Shown here piece by piece: positions 11,550-24,139 of a DNA stretch of 64,000 bases (its first letter is position 1; the number at the start of each line of letters is the position of its first letter). Below the pieces are notes generated by a model. The model was not told where the DNA came from, searched no databases, and saw only the letters and a program-made list of their open reading frames with translations. Made by a program: the position numbers and the translations under genes. The stretch is from Chiloscyllium plagiosum. Taxonomy: Eukaryota. The DNA is taken from the NCBI RefSeq assembly GCF_004010195.1, contig NC_057752.1, positions 14,872,203 through 14,936,202 of the forward strand, read 5' to 3'.

Positions 11550-14500
11550 AACAAAAAACAATTACAGAGCAGGAATAGGCCCTTCGGCCCACCAAGCCTG
11601 TGCTGATCTGATCCTCTACGTAAACATAGAACGTAGAACATTACAGCACAGTACAGGCACTTCGGCCCCCAGTGTCGCGCCGACCTGTGAAACCAATCTG
11701 AAGCCCATCTATCCTACACTATTCCATTTTTGTCCGTATGTCTATCCAATGACCATTTACATGTCCTTAAAGTTGGCGAGTCTACTACTGTTGCAGGCAG
11801 TGCGTTCCACACCCCAACTACTCTCTGAGTAAAGAAACTATGTCTGACATCTGTCCTATATCTATCACCTCTTAATTTAAAGCTATGTCCCCTCATGCTA
11901 GCCATCACCATCTGAGGAAAAAGGCTCTCAGTGTCCACCCTATCTAATCCTTTGATTATCTCCTATGTCTCAATGAAGTCACCTCTCATCTGACTTTTCT
12001 CTAACGAAAGCAGCCTCAAGTTCCTCTGCATTTCCTCCATACCAGGCAACATCCTAGTAAATTTCCTCTGAATCTTTTCCAAAGCTTCCACATCCTCTCT
12101 CTAATGTGCTGACCAGAACTGTACGCAGTACTCCAAATGCGGCTGCACCAGAGTTTTGTACAGCTGCAACATGACCTCATGGCTCCGAAACTCAATCCCT
12201 CTACCAATAAAAGCTGATGTACCGTATGCCTTCTTAACAACCCTACCAACCGTGGATGACAACTTTTGGGGATCTATGTACATGGAAACCTGTCACCTAT
12301 TTTTGAAGGGTCTGTATCCCTTGCTCCCTGCCCATTAATGTGTCTGTCCAGATACCATCTTAAATTATGCTATCATGCCCACCTCTACCATCTCCGCTGG
12401 TAATGCATTCCAGGCATCCGTGACCCTCTGCGTAAAGAACGTTCTACGCATGTCTCCCCTAAACCTTTCCTCCCTCACTTGGAACTCGTGACCCCTAGTA
12501 ATTGAGTCCTCCACTCTAGGGGGGAAAAAGCTTCTTGCTATCCACCCTGTCTATACCCCTCATGATTTTGTAGACCTCAATCAAGTCCCCCCTCAATCTC
12601 CGCCTTTCGAATGAAAATGATCCTAATCCACTCAACCTCTCTTCACAGCTAGTGCCCTCCATACCAGGCAACATCCTGGTGAATCTCCCCTGCACCCTCT
12701 TCAAACAATCCACATCCTTTTGGTAATGTGGCGAGCAGAACTGTACGCAGTATTCCAAACATGGCCAAATCAAAGTCCTATACAACTGTAACATGACCTG
12801 CCAACTCTTGTAATCAATACCCCGTACAATGAAGGAAAGCATGCCGTATGCCTTCTTGACTATTCTATTGACCTGCATTGCCATCTTCAGGGAACAGTAG
12901 GCCTGAATACCCAGATCTCTGTGTACATCAATTTTCCCCTGGACTTTTCCATTTACTGTATAGTTCACTTTTGAATTGGATCTTCCAAACTGCATCACCT
13001 TGCATTTGCCCAGCTTGAACTCCATCGGCCATTTCTCTGCCCAGCTCTCATCACAAACAACACCGGCACGGATCCGTGTGGAACACCACTGGTCACAGAT
13101 TTCTATTTTGAGAAACTCCCTTCCACTACTACTACTCTGTCTCCTGTTGCCCAGCCATGTAGCTAGTACACCCTGGACGCCATGCGACTTCACCTTCTTC
13201 ATCAGCCTACCATGGGGAGCCTTATCAAATGCCTTACTGAAGTCCATGTATGTGACATGTACAGCCCTTCCCTCATCAATCAACTTTGTCACTTCCTCAA
13301 AGCATTCTATTAACTTGGTAAGACATAACCTTCCCTCCACAAAACCATGTTGCCTATCACTGATAAGCCCAAATGGGAATAGCTCCTATCCCTCTGTATC
13401 ATCCCTACCACTGACATTAGGCTTACCAGTCTATAATTACCTGGATTATCCCTGCTACTCTTAAACAAGGGGACAACATTAGCAATTCTCTAGTCCTCCG
13501 GGACCTCATCCGTGTTTAAGGATGCTGCAGCGATATCTCTTAAAGCCCAGCTATTTCTTTACTCGGAGAGGGTATGGAATGTTTTGCCTGCAATGGTAGC
13601 AGATTCGCCAAGTTTAAGTGCATTTAAGTCGTCTTTGGACAGGCGTATGGACGTACATGGAATAGTGTAGGTGGGATGGGCTTCAGATTAGTATGACAGA
13701 GCAGCGCAACATTGAGGGCCGAAGGGCCTACACTGTGCTGTAATGTTCTATGTTCTATATTTCCTCCCTCAGTAATAGATCCCATCCGGACCTGGGGACT
13801 CGTCCACCTTAATGCCTTTTAGAATACACAACACTTCCTCCCTCCTTTTGCCGCCTTGACCTAGAGTAATCAAACATCTATCCCGAACCTCAACATCCGC
13901 CATGTCCCTCTCCTCGGTGAATACCGATGCAAAGTACTCATTAAGAATCTCACCTATTTTCTCTGACTCCTTTGTCCTTGAGTGGGCCAACCCTTTCTCC
14001 AGTTCCCCTGTTGCTCCTTATATATGAATAAAAGGCTTTGGGATTTTCCTTAACCCTGTTTGCTAAAGATAATCCCTTTTAGCCTTCTGACTTCCTTGTT
14101 TCAGATTGGTCCTGCATTCCCTATATTCTTGCAAAGCTTCACCTATCTTCAGTCACCTAGACCTTATGAGTGCTTTCTTTTTCTCTGAGCTAGTCTCACA
14201 ATTTCACCTGTCATCCACGGTTCCGTAATCTTTCATTTCTATCCCTCATTTTCAGAGGTACATGTCTCTCCTGCACTCTAATCAACCTCTCTTTAAAGTT
14301 TCCCACATAACAAATGTATATTTACCTTCAAACAGCTGCTCCCAATCTACATTGCCCAGCTCCTGATGAATTTTGGTATAGTTGGCCTTCCTGCAGTTTA
14401 GCACTCTTCCTTTAGGACCACACTTGTCTTTGTCCATGTGTATTCGAAAACTTATGGAATTGTGATCAATATTCCCAAAGTACAGACCCAACATTGTGAC

Positions 14501-14845
14501 TGCACCCTTCCTATTTCTGAATTCTGCCCATATTGCCTCACTGCTCAAGTCCTCCATAATGCCCTCCTTCAGCACAGTTATTATAATCTCTGACCACTAA
14601 GCAACTCCTCCACCCCTTTTACCTCCCTCTCTATTCAGTCTGAAGCATCAATATGCTGGGATATTTAGTTGCCAATCATGCCCTCTCCTCAACAAAGTCT
14701 CAGTAATAGCAGTAACATCGTACTCCCAGGTACTAATCCAAGCCCTTGGTTTATCTGTCTTATCTATTACAGTTCTCGCATTAAAACAAATGCATCTCAG
14801 ACCACCAGTCTCTTTTGTGTTCATCTTCTGCTCCCTGGCCAATCG
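11550..14845 (-). mobile_element. CR1 LINE ORF2 (endonuclease + RT) with internal deletions and nested CR1 pieces (~11625-12270 on -, ~13560-13760 on +)
   Basis: Endonuclease start LRCICFNAR...YDVTAITET (14648..14842); RT YMDFSKAFDK and LEYCVQF (12516..13340). Confidence 0.9.
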
Positions 14846-15105
14846 TTAGAGTTTGCCAACTCAAAAATAACCCTTTTCATCTTATTTCTTGAAGCTGTGC
14901 ACAATTCAGACGATTGTATAGTTGACTGTGTGCGTGGTGTGAACTTGTAATAGATTGGTTACCATTGACTGCCCTACTGCGAATCCTCTTGCAAGGATGC
15001 CTGCCTTGAAGAAGTTTTCCTCCTCTCTCTACAAGAATCTCAGGGAGTCCCTCTCCCACTGCAACTCCCAGGTCATTGACTGTCCAGACCAATTTAGTTT
15101 TTAAG

Positions 15106-15153
15106 GCGAAGTGTGTTGCTGCAGGCCTATCTGTGAACAGTCTGCAGGGGGAA
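15106..15153 (+). pseudogene. Pseudogene exon E: AKCVAAGLSVNSLQGE
   Basis: Acceptor tttagtttttaag, strong donor GAA|gtgagt. 48 nt, phase 0-0. Confidence 0.65.
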
Positions 15154-15549
15154 GTGAGTGAACACACTGTGTTCCTGACATGTTTTGTCACTTCATGTGA
15201 ATACAGTGAAATATAGTCCATGTTTTTTGTTGTCCATTCATGGGACATGGACATCGCCTGCCAGGCCAGTATTTATTGCCCATCCCTAATTGGCCAAACG
15301 GTAGTTCAGAATCAACTACATTTCTGTGGGTTTGGAGTCACCAGTGGCCAGACCAAATAAGGATGGCAGATCTCCTCTAACAGGAGGGTTTTCCCTGACA
15401 ATTGGCAGTGGTTATCATTGGACTCTGAATCCCAGATTTTTATTGGATTTACATTCCACCATGTGCCAGGGAAAGGTTTGAACCTTGGTCCCTCACACAT
15501 CACCTGCGTCACTGGACGAAGTCTAGTATTAATACCTCTAGACTATCGC

Positions 15550-16550
15550 CTCCCCAAAAGAGAATTGGGTGTTCAGCTGCATGGATCTTTTAAAATGTCA
15601 CAAGCAGGTGTAGAAAATAATAGAACATAGAAGAATACAGCGCAGTACAGGCCCTTTGGCCCTCGATGTTGCACCGATCCAAGCCCACCTAACCTACACT
15701 AGCCCACTATCCTCCATATGCCTATCCAATGCCCGCTTAAATGCCCATAAAGAGGGAGAGTCCACCACTGCTACTGCCAGGGCATTCCATGAACTCACGA
15801 CTCACTGAGTAAAGAACCTACCCCTAACATCTGCCCTTTACCTACCACCCCTTAATTTAAAGCTATGCCCCCTTGTAATAGCTGACTCCATACGTGGAAA
15901 AAGGTTCTCACGGTCAACCCTATCTAAACCCCTAATCATCTTGTACACCTCTATCAAGTCACCCCTAAACCTTCTTTTCTCCAATGAAAACAACCCCAAG
16001 TGCCTCAGCATTAACAAAGCTAATGAAAAGCTGGTCTTCATGTCTAGAGGACTGGAGTATGAGGATGCAAACGTTGTGCTGCAGTCATGCAAAACCCTAG
16101 TTAGACTTCGCTTGAAGCAATGTGAGCAGATTTGGGCACCACAGCTTAGGAAGCCTTCGAGGGAGTACAGAGTAGATTTACAGGAACGATAACTGGACTT
16201 CAGGGGTTAACTTATGAGGGCAGATTGTACAAATTAGGTTTGATCTGATTGAAGTCTTAAAGATAATTAACAGGAGTAGACAGGGTAGATAAAGATAAAC
16301 TATTTCCACTGGCTCGTGATTCTAGAACCAGGGGTTTAGCCTAAGAATTAGGGCCAGGCCATTCAGGAGAGATGTTAGGAAGCACTAATATATATCTAAA
16401 AAGTAGTCAATGTTTGGAACTTTTTTCCACAAATGTGAATGCAGGACCAGTGGTTCAGTTTTATGGAGTTAGGCCATAGATCAACCATGATCTCATTTAC
16501 TGATGCAACAGGCTTGAGGGCTGAGTGGCCTTCTCCTGTTCCTGTGTTCC
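15550..16550 (+). mobile_element. CR1 3' fragment with a nested opposite-strand CR1 tail (~15620-16005)
   Basis: ORF 15838..16092 (LGLFSLEKRRFRGDLIEVYK) lies inside + strand CR1 RT-end sequence. Confidence 0.8.
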
Positions 16551-16571
16551 CATGCTTCTGTGTGTGCATAG

Positions 16572-16927
16572 TGTAACAGTATCATGTCATCAGCTGGTGA
16601 TATTGTGGCATGCACGATGAGCAAGGCCATATATTTTATGTGGTGTCACGAAGAATGAGATGATAGATTGTGCTACTGCTGCAGCACTTACCATTGAGAT
16701 AGCTAAGCCAGCAGCAAGTTGAAGTTCCTGGAAAAGCTTGACTGTCCTGGTCACCAGTCGTGCAAGAGTTGGACAATTTTAGTTCAGCTTTTGGAGAAGC
16801 TGTGCGAGAAGGTACAACCAAAGAACAAAAAAAAGACAGTTTATGCAAAGCAATACAATGGACGCTTAACTGAGTTGAAGGGTGTATTTTCAAATGGAAT
16901 ATATGAGGGGCAGATTTTCAATGAAAA
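16572..16927 (+). pseudogene. Pseudogene exon F: CNSIMSSAGDIVACTMSKAIYFMWCHEE*DDRLCYCCSTYH*DS*ASSKLKFLEKLDCPGHQSCKSW...GVFSNGIYEGQIFNE(N)
   Basis: Acceptor cttctgtgtgtgcatag, donor AA|gtaagt. 356 nt, phase 0 to phase 2. Stops at 16656, 16695 and 16704. Contains track ORF 16719..16931. Confidence 0.75.
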
Positions 16928-17428
16928 GTAAGTGGTAGTTTGTGTCCTATTGTTGTTTGAATGATGTAATGCTTGTGCACAAATTGTAGGATTGAATGAA
17001 GAAGTGTGGGTTTCAGGTTGCGGGAGGTATTCTAAATCTTCACAGCTGCAAGGAGTTCCTGAATCTTAAGGCTATAAAATCTATCTGTCATTTTTACCTG
17101 TCAAAAACAAAGTCATGAACTGTAATAATTCTCTGTGTCCCTCCCCAAATATTAGGTGTGGTATCAGACTAGATAAACGAATAAAACAATGGTGTAATTT
17201 GGAGTGTTTGCCTACAATCATGAAGAGTTTAACTTTTTCTTTACTGTCCGGAAGATATGAGAGCGTCTTGGCCAAACTAATTGACTTTAGCCAAATGTTG
17301 TTTGAAAGGAAGGAACCAAAAAGTGGCACATTGCACTGTGATCCGCTGAAGCCATCTTCCAAACTAGCGAGTACAAGACTGCTCCTTCTGGGTCATCACT
17401 GCTGATATACTTTACTTTTTGTCTGCAG

Positions 17429-17641
17429 CCCTGGGCCATGGAAAGGACACAAAGATGCCTTTCTGTATCGTGTTGCACTTAACTGGTTAAAACAGAACTC
17501 AAAATCAACTTATCAGCCAATCACTTGACAGTTACTTACAGGGTTGCTGAAACCTCCGAAATGGATGGTCAGTGCAAGTTAAAGATCTTTCAAAATTATG
17601 CAAAATAAAGCATTAAGAACAGAGTATGTGCAAAAGATGAG
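17429..17641 (+). pseudogene. Pseudogene exon G: PGPWKGHKDAFLYRVALNWLKQNSKSTYQPIT*QLLTGLLKPPKWMVSAS*RSFKIMQNKALRTEYVQKM(R)
   Basis: Strong acceptor tttactttttgtctgcag, donor AG|gtaatg. 213 nt, phase 2-2. Stops at 17526 and 17580. Confidence 0.75.
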
Positions 17642-18643
17642 GTAATGGTTCTTTCTTAAAAAGAGCATCCTATGTGTATGAAGTTCTCTTACCAGGAACA
17701 GTGAAAAAACTGACCAGTCCCCAGACCCTGATGGACTTCATCCCAGGGTATGTGCATTTATAGTAATTTCCCAAATTTCCCTCGATTCTAGGAAGATGTC
17801 ATCAGATTGGAAAATAATAAATGTAACTCCTCTTGTCAAGAAAGTCAACTTAGGGTGGTTAGCCAACATCTGTCATTGTGAAAATACCAGAAACTATTAT
17901 TAAAGAAGGCACTTTGGGGTTTTTTGAAGAAGTAACAAGCAGGAAGGGAAACTTGGAAGTTATGTGCTTGGATTTCCATAAAGCATTCAATAAGGTGCCA
18001 TGTCAATGGTCACTGCACCAAATAGATATGTAGAGCCGAGGAACCGAAGTTATCTATTCAGCCCTTCAAGCCTCTTCTGCCGGTCAATATGATTATGGCT
18101 AATCCTCTATCTTAATTGCCATATTCTTGCTTTCTCCCTACATCCCTTGATACCTTTTAAAATCTAAAAAAAGTTCTGTCTCTTTCTCGAGTATATTTAG
18201 TGTCTTGGCCTCCACAGCCTTCTGAGGTGGAGAATTCACGTAAAGAGATATTTCTTCCTCTCGGTCCTAAGCGATCTGCCCTCTATTCTGAGACTTTGTT
18301 CCCTAGTTCTCAACACCCCTACCAGGTGAATATTCTCCCTCCATCCAATGTGTTCGATGGAGTGTTTGAATTCTGTATGTTTCAATCAGGTTCTCCTCTT
18401 ATTTTTATAAACTCAAGTGGACACCCAGTCAATCCATTATCTCCTCATAGGACAGTGCTGTCATTATCTAGTATCAGCCCAGTGAGCCTTCAGTGCATTC
18501 CCTCTATGAAAGGCATCTAACCTGTCTGAGGTAGGGAGACCAAAATTGCAGGGGAAAATGAGGACTGCAGATACTGGAGATCAGAGCTGAAAATGCGTTG
18601 CTGGAAAAGCGCAGCAGGTCAGGCAGCATCCAAGGGGCAGGAG

Positions 18644-18679
18644 AATCGACGTTTCGGGCATGAGGCCTTCTTCAGGAAT
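18644..18679 (-). ncRNA. Minimal type I hammerhead ribozyme motif in a PLE terminus
   Basis: Reverse strand reads CTGAAGA-aggcc-tcat-gccc-GAAAC-GTC. Confidence 0.7.
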
Positions 18680-19389
18680 GAGGAGAGTGTGCCAAGCAGG
18701 CTAAAATAAAAGGTAGGGAGGAGGGACTTGGGGGAGGGGAGTTGGAAATGTGATAGGTGGAAGGAGGTTAAGGTGAGGGTGAGGTGGCGGAAATGACGAC
18801 GGGTGATATGATGTATATGGAGTCATGATACAGTCATCGATGTAGCGGAGAAAAAGGTGGGGTGCGGTGCCAGTGTAGCTGTGGAACGGTAAAGTGGATG
18901 AACTGTTCAACCTCCTCCTGGGACGCAAACACCTTCCACCCCGACCTCAAATTTACCTGGACCGTCTCAGACTCCTCACTCCCACAGCTACCTAGACTAC
19001 ACCTCTTCCCACCCTGCCCCCTGTAAAAACGCCATCCCATATTCCCAATTCCTTCGTCTCCGCCGCATCTGCTCCCAGGAGGACCAGTTCCAATACCGAA
19101 CAATCCATATGGCCTCCTTCTTCAAAGACCGCAATTTCCCCCCAGACGTGATCGACGATGCTCTCCACCGCATATTCTCCACTTCCCGCTCCTCCGCCCT
19201 TGAGCCCCGCCCCTCCAATCGCCACCAGGACAGAACCCCACTGGTCCTCACCTACCACCCCACCAATCTCCATGTACATCATATCATCCATCGTCATTTC
19301 CGCCACCTCCAAACGGACCCCACTACCAGGGATATATTTCCCTCCCCTCCCCTATCAGCGTTCCGAAAAGACCACTCCCTCCGTGACTC

Positions 19390-19704
19390 NNNNNNNNNNN
19401 NNNNNNNNNNNNNNNNNNNNNNNNNNNNNNNNNNNNNNNNNNNNNNNNNNNNNNNNNNNNNNNNNNNNNNNNNNNNNNNNNNNNNNNNNNNNNNNNNNNN
19501 NNNNNNNNNNNNNNNNNNNNNNNNNNNNNNNNNNNNNNNNNNNNNNNNNNNNNNNNNNNNNNNNNNNNNNNNNNNNNNNNNNNNNNNNNNNNNNNNNNNN
19601 NNNNNNNNNNNNNNNNNNNNNNNNNNNNNNNNNNNNNNNNNNNNNNNNNNNNNNNNNNNNNNNNNNNNNNNNNNNNNNNNNNNNNNNNNNNNNNNNNNNN
19701 NNNN
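19390..19704. other. Assembly gap (N run)
   Basis: Run of N. Confidence 1.
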
Positions 19705-19830
19705 GCCCCCGCCCCCACTCCGGCCTATCACCCTCACCTTAACCTCCTTCCACCTATCACATTTCCAACTCCCCTCCCCCAAGTCCCTCTTCCCTACCTT
19801 TTATCATAGCATGCTTGGCACACACTCCTC

Positions 19831-19866
19831 ATTCCTGAAGAAGGGCTCATGCCCGAAATGTCGATT
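19831..19866 (+). ncRNA. Minimal hammerhead motif (stem III C>T variant)
   Basis: CTGAAGA-agggc-tcat-gccc-GAAAT-GTC. Confidence 0.65.
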
Positions 19867-20815
19867 CTCCTGCTCCTTGGATGCTGCCTGACCTGCTGCG
19901 CTTTTCCAGCAACACAATCTCAGACCAAAATTGCACACAGTAATCCAGGTGTGGTCTCAACAAGGACTTGTATCACTGTAGTAGCACACATCTACTTCTG
20001 AACTCAGAGTTCAAGGTGGGGTTAACATATTGACATGGAAAGAGGATTATTGGGAACAGACTGTCAAGATACATGGGTCATTTTCATGGGATGTAAGGTA
20101 TAGCATGCCACAGTGCTGGTATCCCAACTATTTACAATTTGTATCAAAATGTGGTTGAAAGGTCCAAGAGTGTGGTTGCTGAATTTGCTGATGACACAAA
20201 GATAGGCAAGAGAGTAAGTTGTGGAGTACACATAAGGAGGCTGCAAAGGAACACAGATACACTGAGATATTGAGAAATCAAAGATTTGCCAGATGCACTA
20301 TAATGTGGGAAAACCTGAAGTTATACACTTTGACAGGAAAAGTGAAAAAGCAGCAGATTATTTAAAGGGAGACAGATGGTTGATTGCTGGGTTACAGAAG
20401 GATCTGGATATCCTTGTACGTAAGTCACAAAAAGTTAGTTTGCAGGTAGAGTAAGAGATTAGGAAGGCAAATGGAGTGTTGTGATTTATTGTAAGAGGAA
20501 TTTGTACAAGGCATTTGAGAGTTCACTTCATGGAATCATACAGTACAGAAGAGACTGTGTGGTCCAATACGTATGTAGTGCCAAAAATACATTAAATTTG
20601 CACGAGTCCCACTTTTCAGCACTAGACCCATAGCTTTGAATGTATGACACATAAAGTACTCATCCGAGTAGTTTTTTTGTGGGTTGTGTGGTTACCTATT
20701 TCAACTACCCTCCCAGGCAATGCATTCAACTGATTCTTGGAATTAAGGGCTTATTTTAGGGAAACAAAAATTGGACAGACTTGGCCTGTATCCATTGTGT
20801 AGTGATTGTAATCAG

Positions 20816-21256
20816 TTAAAAATCACACAACACCGGGTTATAGTCTAACATTTTTATTTGAAAGCACTAGCTTTTGGAGCGCTGCTTCTTCATCAGGTGG
20901 TTGTAGCAGCATTCTGAAAACTAGTGCTTCCAACATTCTCCCTGTGTCTGCATGGGTTTCCTCCGGGTGCTCCGGTTTCCTTCCACAGTCCAAAGATGTG
21001 CAGGTTAGGTGAATTGACCATGCTAAATTGCCCGTTCTATTAGGTGCATTAGTCAGGGATAAATGTAGGGGAATGGGTTTGGGTGGGTGGCTCTTCGGAG
21101 CGTCGGTGTGGACTTGTTGGGCTGAAGGGCCTGTTTCCACACTGTAGGGAATCTAAACTAATATACCTAAACTAATGAAACCTGTTGGACTATAAGCTGG
21201 TGTTGTGGGATTTTTAACTTTGTACACCCCAGTCCAACACCAGCATCTCCAAATCA
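20816..21256. mobile_element. Fold-back PLE terminal fragment carrying a truncated HE1 SINE (~20932-21170), inserted in the Gypsy LTR
   Basis: 13-bp TSD tgattgtaatcag (20803-20815 / 21257-21269); inverted arms; hammerhead-like motif on the - strand at ~20865-20900. Confidence 0.8.
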
Positions 21257-22845
21257 TGATTGTAATCAGGTCAACCAGGTGGACATCATAGAATATGGGT
21301 TCCCTGCTTGGGGGCTGTTAATCTGATCCAATCAGAGAGCCCTGGCTGACGGGTGAAGGGCACTGCTTGTCACTGGCCACTCGGGTGTTTTCCTATCTTC
21401 CTGGTGGTGGGAAAAAAAAAGAACATTTGGCTCACTCTGAAAGCTGGCTTTGAGGGAGTTGGATCAGTGTCTTGGATTCTCTAAGGGTAAACAAAGGCTG
21501 ACGTGGTGACATGATACTGGCCTCTGTGACATTGTTACTGTGCTGATGAGAGAAAAGCACACTCCTGAAGAAATTCGCTCATAGCAGTTGTCTTTCAGTT
21601 GGGGTAAGCATTTCTGGCATCATGTCATTATTTGGCAAGCTTGACTTGTTCAAGCCTGCTGTCGAAGACTGGGCCCAGTATGCTGAAAGAATGCATTATT
21701 TCTTCTGAGCAAATGACGTTGGGATAGATGAAAAGCAATGAGTAATTCTCCTGACAGCTTCTGGACCCGCAGCTTTTCCAGTTATTAGGACCCTAGCTTT
21801 CTCTGAGGCACAGGGAAAACCTTTCAAGAATTGATGGATTATCTTAAGGAATATTATGATCCCAAGCTGCCTCTAATTCTGAGATGCTATCAGTTTTACT
21901 CGGCAATTCAAGAGCCAGGGGAATTCGTATCAGAATTTTTGACTGAGTTAAGATGACTAACGGAGGCATGTAATTTTGGTTTAACCCTTAGTGAGATGCT
22001 GACAGGCTGTTTGGTATGTGGGGTTAATGCTGTAACCATGCAAAAGGCCGACTAGTTGAAGCCAAACTGGACTTCGAACAGCACTATGACTGGCTTTATC
22101 ATTGGAAAATGCAGCGCATGAGTTGCAGGGTAATCCAATGGAAGTGGACACCCTCACCAGCTTGACTGAGCTTGCGGAACACCACTTGAGTGAAGGCAAT
22201 TGTGTAGCATCACTCAGGGCATATCCTGAATGATGGGACTCTAGGTCAGCCCACAACAAAACCCCAAAACAAAGCCAAGCATTGGCCAAATGGTTAAAAG
22301 TTTCTTCAGGATCTGGTTCAGCAAGCCATTGTCGCTGCTGCAGATATGCAGACTCAAGACAGCAAAAGAAAAGTCCCACTAGACCTAAATTTAGGACAGG
22401 AACTTGTAAGCTGGTATCCAGGAGAGTGCACACCATGGAAAGTCTGCCTATATCTGGTTTGAAACAGGTAGATTGCTCAGCAACATCCAAATCAGAACCA
22501 ATCAGAACCAATCAAAATCAAGATCTGGTTAAATAGTCAACCGGTTCTATTGGAGATTCTAGTGAAGATGTCATGTTTGGTAACCATGTGATGCAGACAG
22601 AGCCATGTTGGTAGAGCTGTGCCCAGAGTGCCAACAAGGACAAAAAATTACCGTCAGCAGCTCCTTCACATTCGTGGGAATGGCCGGATAAATCCTGGAC
22701 TTGGTTGCGTATCAACTATGCAGGTCCTTTTACAGGCTCGATATTCTGAGTTATTGTGGACACCCATTCAAAGTGGCTAGACATGCATAATGTTCAATCA
22801 TCAACAAACACAGACGACCTTAGAAAAGCTGCGTGCACCTTTTGC

Positions 22846-23370
22846 AGTCATCGGAAAGATGTTGTGAAACTTGAAAGGGTTCAGAAAAGATTTACAAAGA
22901 TGTTGCCAGGGTTGGAGGATTTGAGCTATAGGGAGAGGCTGAACAGGCTGGGGCTGTTTTCCCTGGAGCGTCGGAGGCTGAGGGGTGACCTTATAGAGGT
23001 TTACAAAATTATGAGGGGCATGGATAGGATGAATAGACAAGGTCTTTTCCCTGGGGTCGGGGAGTCCAGAACTAGAGGGCATAGGTTTTAGGGTGAGAGG
23101 GGAAAGACATAAAAGAGACCTACGGAGCAACGTTTTCACACAGAGGGTGGTATGTGTATGGAATGAGTTGCCAGAGGAAGTGGTGGAGGCTGGTGCAATT
23201 GCAACATTTAAGAGGCATTTGGATGGGTATATGAATAGGAAGGGTTTGGAGGGATATGGGCTGGGTGCTGGCAGGTGGGGCTAGATTGCGTTGGGATATC
23301 TGGTCGGCATGGACGGGTTGGAATGAAGGGTCTGTTTCCATGCTGTACATCTCTATGACTCTATGACTAT
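22846..23370 (+). mobile_element. Young CR1 3' end inserted in the Gypsy integrase
   Basis: KDVVKLERVQKRFTKMLPG...WNELPEEVVEAG and (ctctatga)n tail. Confidence 0.92.
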
Positions 23371-24139
23371 GACTCCCGGAAGTGTTAGTTACAGATAATG
23401 GGTCAGTTACAGCAGGGAATTTGAGTATTTCCTAAAGTCGCATGGTATTCGACATATAAAGGCAGCTCCATACTATCCATCATCCAATGGTCTGGCAGAA
23501 ACAGCAATCCAAACTTTGAAGGCAGGCTTAAAGAAATAGCGTACTGCTTTACTAGATACCAAACTGTCCTGGTTACTGTTACTGTTTGATTATCGGACCA
23601 TCCCTCATGCAACTACAGGGATAACTCCAGTAGAATTGCTAATTGGGAGAAACCTTTGCACCTTCCCAGACCTTGGGAGCAAGGGTGAAACTGCATCAGG
23701 AACACGATTGCTGGACACAAGACTCCACTCAGTGCGAAAGACAGTTTACTTCAGTAGGAATAGCCCTGAATGTAGAAAAGGCACAGTCAACACGAGATCA
23801 AGTCAAATGATGTATAAAGTTCAGGTTGGTATGATGATCCTCAACAAGATGTGGACCACATGAAAGCTGCACACTTGCAAACCGTGCAGGAGCAAAACAT
23901 GCCCGGCTCCTTGACAGCCTTTCTGACTGTTCTGGAGCCCGTGGGCTCGCCTTCTCAGTCAAACATTGAAGATACCTCTGAACCTGAGATGGACATTGTG
24001 AGGCCGCTGCCTCAACACTTTGCTGCCTGAAGAAGAGAACAAATTTCTTCTGAGACAATCTGGGCGCAAGAAGCGAGCTACTGTGTGTTACAGGCCAACT
24101 GTATCTGAGGCAGAGTTGGAGGAACCTGATCCAGTGCTA

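Larger units (their letters stand above)
18551..19921 (+). mobile_element. Penelope-like element with inverted terminal segment, inserted in a CR1 relic; spans the assembly gap
   Basis: 14-bp TSD agaccaaaattgca (18537-18550 / 19922-19935). RT motif LRYIDDCI (inverted), plus FHPDLKFTW, IPYSQFLRLRRICS and PLVLTYHP. Hammerheads at both ends. Confidence 0.9.

Noticed and set aside
3115..16927. Family assignment of the pseudogene from short resemblances (IDO-like YEG motif, CDC123-like PFGE, MORN-like YEGQ, EndoU-like PEFE)
   Set aside because: These are isolated 3-5 residue matches with the wrong spacing and no family-defining catalytic motifs.
16656..17582. Selenoprotein or stop-readthrough reading of the in-frame TGAs
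   Set aside because: TAA stops and frameshifts occur in the same frame, and I recognised no SECIS element.
19109..19891. Long ORFs of 131-260 aa
   Set aside because: They are inflated by the N gap; the real part is Penelope RT.
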